The notes below the pieces were generated by a model. That model worked only from the letters and a program-made list of their open reading frames with translations. It was not told the DNA's origin and did not search any database. Of a stretch of DNA of 64,000 bases, positions 59,567 to 64,000 are shown piece by piece. The stretch comes from Thelocarpon superellum (Eukaryota), in NCBI GenBank assembly GCA_026025795.1, contig JAPEUG010000048.1:1-64000 (forward strand), in the 5' to 3' direction. Position 1 is the first letter of the stretch, and every line of letters starts with the position of its first letter. The position numbers were made by a program, and so were the translations under genes.

Positions 59567-62500
59567 ATGACAGAGTACGAGCGGGCCATCCTCGGTCACT
59601 ACCACCTGGCCACCCCCTTCCCGGTCGAGTGGCCGGCAGAGAAGGACCAGAGCGACGGCTCGGATGAGGAAGGGCCGTCAACAGCGAAGAAAGACGACAA
59701 GACCGCTCTCCGCAACCGACGCAAGTCACGGTATGCAGTCTTGGAGCGAGCCAACCCAAGCAAGGCCCGATCCGCCGACCCTCAGCGAGATCGGCCCGAC
59801 TCCTCCCCGCCCCGAGATGAGACCGATCCGCTGGGCTCTAACGAGAGTGTCGTCCGCGCCCTACGGCGGCGGGGGATCCCTGTGGAAGACGATGCCCGAT
59901 TGCGTACGTGATATGGCGGTGCATGGAGAGACCCATCGCTGACCGCGTCCTCCAGGAAACCAATTTCTCCTCTCCTCCAAGACCTTCTCCCCCGCCCTCT
60001 TCTTGTCGGAGGTGCACTCGGACGCCTCCACCCAGTCTCTGCTCCAGGGCTTGGACTTCCTCTCACACGCCATCGACCAAAAGTCTGCCTCTCTCAAGAG
60101 CCTGGTCGAGGCCAACTTTGAGCGCTTCGTCAAGGCCAAGGCCACCATCGACGATGTCTACACCGAGATGCGCAATGAAGGGGGGCTCCGGGACCAAGGC
60201 AAGCCTCCTGGCCACTCACCGCGTACGAGCCGGACCAGCGTCCATTTCCGAAACACCAGTGGTGGGGGTGCACCGGGCAGTCCGCGTCGGAGTCTGCAGA
60301 AGACGGGCAGCAGCGCGGGCACCGGCACCGCCAACGCCACCGGCACGACCGACCGCCGGAAGAACGCGTTGACCCGCGAGAGCGACTACGGCGTCCAGGG
60401 CATCAAGCTACCCCTGGCCGAGGTCGTCGATCGGGCGGACGAGGTCTGGGGCCCGATGTTGGGCGGGCGAGAACGGGAGGACAGCCTCAAGGCCGTCATC
60501 GGCTCCGTCGAGCGATACCGCGGCATCTTTGAGGCTGGCGCCACCATCGCCGACTGCATCAAGCGCAAGGAATACGAGACCGTGGTCAAAGAATACGAGC
60601 GCGCACGACGCTACGCCCAAGAGGCGCGCGACATTGCCGACACGGCACAGCAGACGCACATCGCCTTGACCGTTCCGCAGGTGCACTGCATCGTCGTGAC
60701 GGCGCGCATGTGGGCCGATGTCGACGGCCAGGTTGACGCCCTCAAGCGCGACCTCTGGCGACGGCTCGTCGAACCCCCTAGCCACGTGGCCCGGGCAGCG
60801 GCGGACGGATCGGCGCCGTCGACGGAGCGTCATCTGGAGATCATCGGCCTGCTGTTGCAGCTGGGCACACGCGAGAACCCCATCTGGGTTTGGCTGCTCC
60901 GCCGCTACGATGACCTCAAGAAACGCATCACCTCCACCTGCGAGCAGTTCCGCGCCGAGACCGAGTTCGTGCGACGGCACCTCGCCAGCGAGGACCCACC
61001 GGGCGCGCGCGTGCTTGCCGCGCACCTGCACCAATTGGACCGGCCCGAGTCCGCTGATCAGCCGACCCCCTCGGACATGGTGAGCGTCATCGAGCTGTGG
61101 GAGCGTGTGCACTCCTCCCTCCGCCTCCTGCTCGCTTCCCGCGGCAGCCTCCTGAGCGAGGTGGTGGACTTCTGGCAGACGGCGCAAACCTTCATCGATG
61201 GCAGGGCGCAGCGCGGCCTCCCTATCGGCTTCGACGGCGAGTCCCGCGAGCACCATCAACTGTCCGGGGATGGCGTGCACGAGCTGCGTCGGGGTGCAGC
61301 CGAGTTGGTCGGCCTCGTCCGGGACAATGTGCTCGCCTTCTTCGCCGACCCGCCCGTCGACGATCTGTCCGTTCTCTTCTCTCCCCTCGTGCCCGGGCCG
61401 GGGACGCCGACCCTCTCCCCCTCGCCCATGCTCAGTCCCCGCGGCTTCAATGATGCCCGCCTCCGCTTGGATGCCGGCAACCCGCCACCGCCCTCGTCAC
61501 GGCGCGGGCAGGCGTGGGAGCAATTTGCCTTCTGGCCACCCCACTCGAACGCGGTGAGCGGCGTGCACTACTGTGACAAGCTCTTGGTGCTGGTGGCTAC
61601 GGCGGCCAGCGAGATGGCGGCGCTGACCTCGCTCGCGCCGGCGGGGAACACCCTGGAGCAGGCGCGCATGTTCGTTGGAGGCACGCGCGACCGATGCGTG
61701 CAAGCCATCTGTGCCGTGTGGAATCAGGATGCAGAGATCTGCAAGGCCATGGAGGACTGGACGCGCTCGACCGAGCGGAAAGATGCCAGCCACTTCCCCG
61801 CCCATTTCTTCTCCTTTGAGAGCAGCGTCGTCACCGGCCTGCAGAAGGTACTCTACCTCTCCGACGCGATGGGCACGCCGGGCGCGGCCGAGATCGTGCA
61901 GCAGCCGGCGGCGAAGCTATTGCATCTCGTTCGTGGCCAATTCGTCACCAGTCTCTACAAGGCCTTCAGCGGGATGGTGGAGAATGCCGAACGACCGATG
62001 AAGGTCGACCAGGAGGCGTGGGCGAGCGAGCGGCATGGCGTGGCCCATCCCGGCACGCACGTGGCCCCCACCGACCTGACGGCGCAGACGGTCAACGCGC
62101 AGGATGCCAGCGTCCGGCGGCTGCTGACGCTCAGCAATCTCCAGGTGCTGAAGAGCGATGTGGTGCCACAGCTCGTGGCGCAGTTCGAGAATGCCTTCTC
62201 CGTCAAACTGACAGACGAGAGCCGCACGATCCGCGACGTGTTGGGCCAGATTGACACCCGCCTCTTTCAGGCCTATACGACGCCGCAGGTGGAGAAGCTC
62301 AAGCACCTCATCCGCACCGGGATCCTCGCGCCCTCATGGGCGCCCAAGAGCGGGCGGCCGTCGGAGGTGCGCGGATACATCTACGCCGCCCTGCTGGACC
62401 TGGTCATGGTGCACACGCAGGTCAGCACCACGGCGGCGTCGCTGGCGCCACAGATCCTCTCGTATCTCCTCGAGCAGACCTCCCTGGCCCTGCTTCAGGC

Positions 62501-62880
62501 CTTCAAACAGCGTCCCAAATACACCCTGGCGGCGCTGATGCAGGCGACGCTGGATGTCGAGTTCGTGGCGCAGACGCTCGGCCAGTATACGACGGAGAAG
62601 GCGTCGGAGCTCCAGAGCCAGATCTACCTCGAGATCGATCGGGGCACGGACAACGAGGCGCGCCGGATGCTGCAGAACGAACTGCCCGAGATGCGCACCA
62701 TCCTGAAGCACCTGCGCGAACGGAGCAAGGCCGAATTGTGAGTCTCCTTGACGACAACCTTGATGGGGTGATCGTCGCGACTCACGTCTCACGTCCCTGG
62801 ATAGTGCCTGCTTCAAGCGCCAACGCACCCCACGCGAGCGCGCCGAGCGACAACACAGCGAGCAGTCCCAGTCCCGATGA
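59567..62880 (+). CDS. sec5: Exocyst complex component Sec5; join(59567..59903,59956..62737,62805..62880)
   Basis: DPLG, R/NQFLLSSKTFSPALFLSEVH, LKSLVEANFERFVKAKATID, ENPIWVWL, RRLLTLSNL, ALMQATLDVEFVAQTL and the terminal FACFKR. Confidence 0.94.
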
Positions 62881-63530
62881 TTGGAGACCGGGCGGATGAA
62901 TCTGATGGGGCTGGGGACGAGTGTCGTTGCCGTCTCGCGATGGAGCTTGACCGAGCGTGAAGGCCGATACCCTCGATCACGTTGGATCCTGCGTGTTGAT
63001 CCACGATCGTTGACAGGTCAGATGATTTGCACCCGGGTCGCAAAGTGCGATCCTCTCTACCAGATAGCGACTATAGGGAACAGGCACGGGGGGCACGTGA
63101 GGCGAGTCACGGGGTGAGGGGCTCCCCGTCTCAGGGCGAGGACCTTCCCCGAGGGTTTGGACCGGCTGGCTATCTGGACGTGTAGAACTCGTGCTCGCGT
63201 AGTCACGGCTGACTGATGTGCTACACCGCCTTCGCATCAGCTATTAGTCAAAGGCGGCGAGACTCGGCAAGATTCCTCGTCTCCCCCGCTTGACTCGAGC
63301 CTCCTGACGGAGCCGAACTCAGCCAATGGCCTCGGCTGGCTGCGTGGGCGTCTGCATGCTGTGCTGGTCCGGCGCACCCACGATCATTTGAATCACCTCG
63401 GAATCACCGTGGCTCTAGAAAGTACTCAGACCCTGCCGCAGCCGTTCATCTTTGGCTGTCGCCGATCGAGCGGGGGTGGGGATGTCGCGGGGTGCCGAGG
63501 CTGGTGCCGACGCCGGGAGACGCCGATGTG

Positions 63531-64000
63531 ATGGGCCGGAAGCCGAATCAGTTGATCCTGGAGTTCTTTGAACGCGGCCGCAAGCTCGAGGATGCCAGTA
63601 ACCGGTACCAACACACCTGCAAGGCGTGTGGCGAGCAATTTCCCAAAGGCCGTCTCGACAGCCTGACCGGCCACCTGTTGAAGAAATGTCCGGCCATCCC
63701 CTTGCAAGATCGTCAGCGTGCCTATGTCCAGCTGCGCGATGCCTCCGAGTTTGATGGATCTGAGCTGCCCCGGGACGGCGCCCTGGACCCTGGCATCAGC
63801 CCTGGCCAGACCCGCGAGTTGCCCATTGCCCCGCGAGACTGGACGGCCCTGGAGACGCTGGCGGAAGTGTCCCGACAATTTCATGTGTCGGGGCCGCAGG
63901 AGCATGCCTCACCGGCGGCCACGGACCGGTCCAGTGCTGCCGGCCCCGACTTTGCACGTCGCACCAGCTTCGAGGAGCAGTTCCTGCAGGATCCCGGCCC
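63531..64000 (+). CDS. Conserved fungal protein with N-terminal BED-like zinc finger (3'-partial, runs off the window)
   Basis: MGRKPNQLILEFFERGRKLEDASNRYQHTCKACGEQFPKGRLDSLTGHLLKKC (C-x2-C...H-x4-C). The frame is open to the window edge, so it is missing from the ORF track. Confidence 0.8.
   Translation, partial: MGRKPNQLILEFFERGRKLEDASNRYQHTCKACGEQFPKGRLDSLTGHLLKKCPAIPLQDRQRAYVQLRDASEFDGSELPRDGALDPGISPGQTRELPIAPRDWTALETLAEVSRQFHVSGPQEHASPAATDRSSAAGPDFARRTSFEEQFLQDPG

Noticed and set aside
1..64000. Transposons, RIP-degraded AT-rich blocks, secondary-metabolite backbone genes, bacterial HGT islands
   Set aside because: No transposase, RT, PKS or NRPS motifs, terminal repeats or sustained compositional shifts were seen, and most genes carry fungal introns.

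Overview
Eukaryotic, GC-rich, gene-dense fungal DNA from a filamentous ascomycete (Pezizomycotina). The evidence is short GT-AG introns with CTRAC/CTAAC branch points and the head-to-head class V/class VII myosin-chitin synthase pair. I can support about 20 protein-coding genes and one intron-containing tRNA-Gln(UUG). In order: Acinus-like SAP protein, NAD(P)-binding SDR, cyclin L-like, two orphan secreted proteins, FMO-DUF6314 fusion, CSN6, Hsm3-like chaperone, Rpc31, Ssu1/Mae1-type transporter, MIT/coiled-coil protein (probable Atg38/NRBF2), tRNA-Gln, GRAM-VASt (Lam/Ysp2) sterol transporter, class VII and class V chitin synthases, GH128, a Cys-containing orphan secreted protein, membrane-anchored GH92, Gre2-like reductase, IDH2, Sec5, and a partial BED-like zinc-finger gene. 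Exon boundaries were read by eye, and family assignments come from recalled motifs rather than database searches. I found no transposon, CRISPR array or prokaryotic system, and no clearly new multi-gene system. The best leads are an Atg38-like protein with both an AIM-like and a FFAT-like motif, a spliced KP4/Ecp2-like secreted protein that the ORF track truncates, a divergent pair of orphan secreted genes, and the cell-wall enzyme neighbourhood around the chitin synthases.
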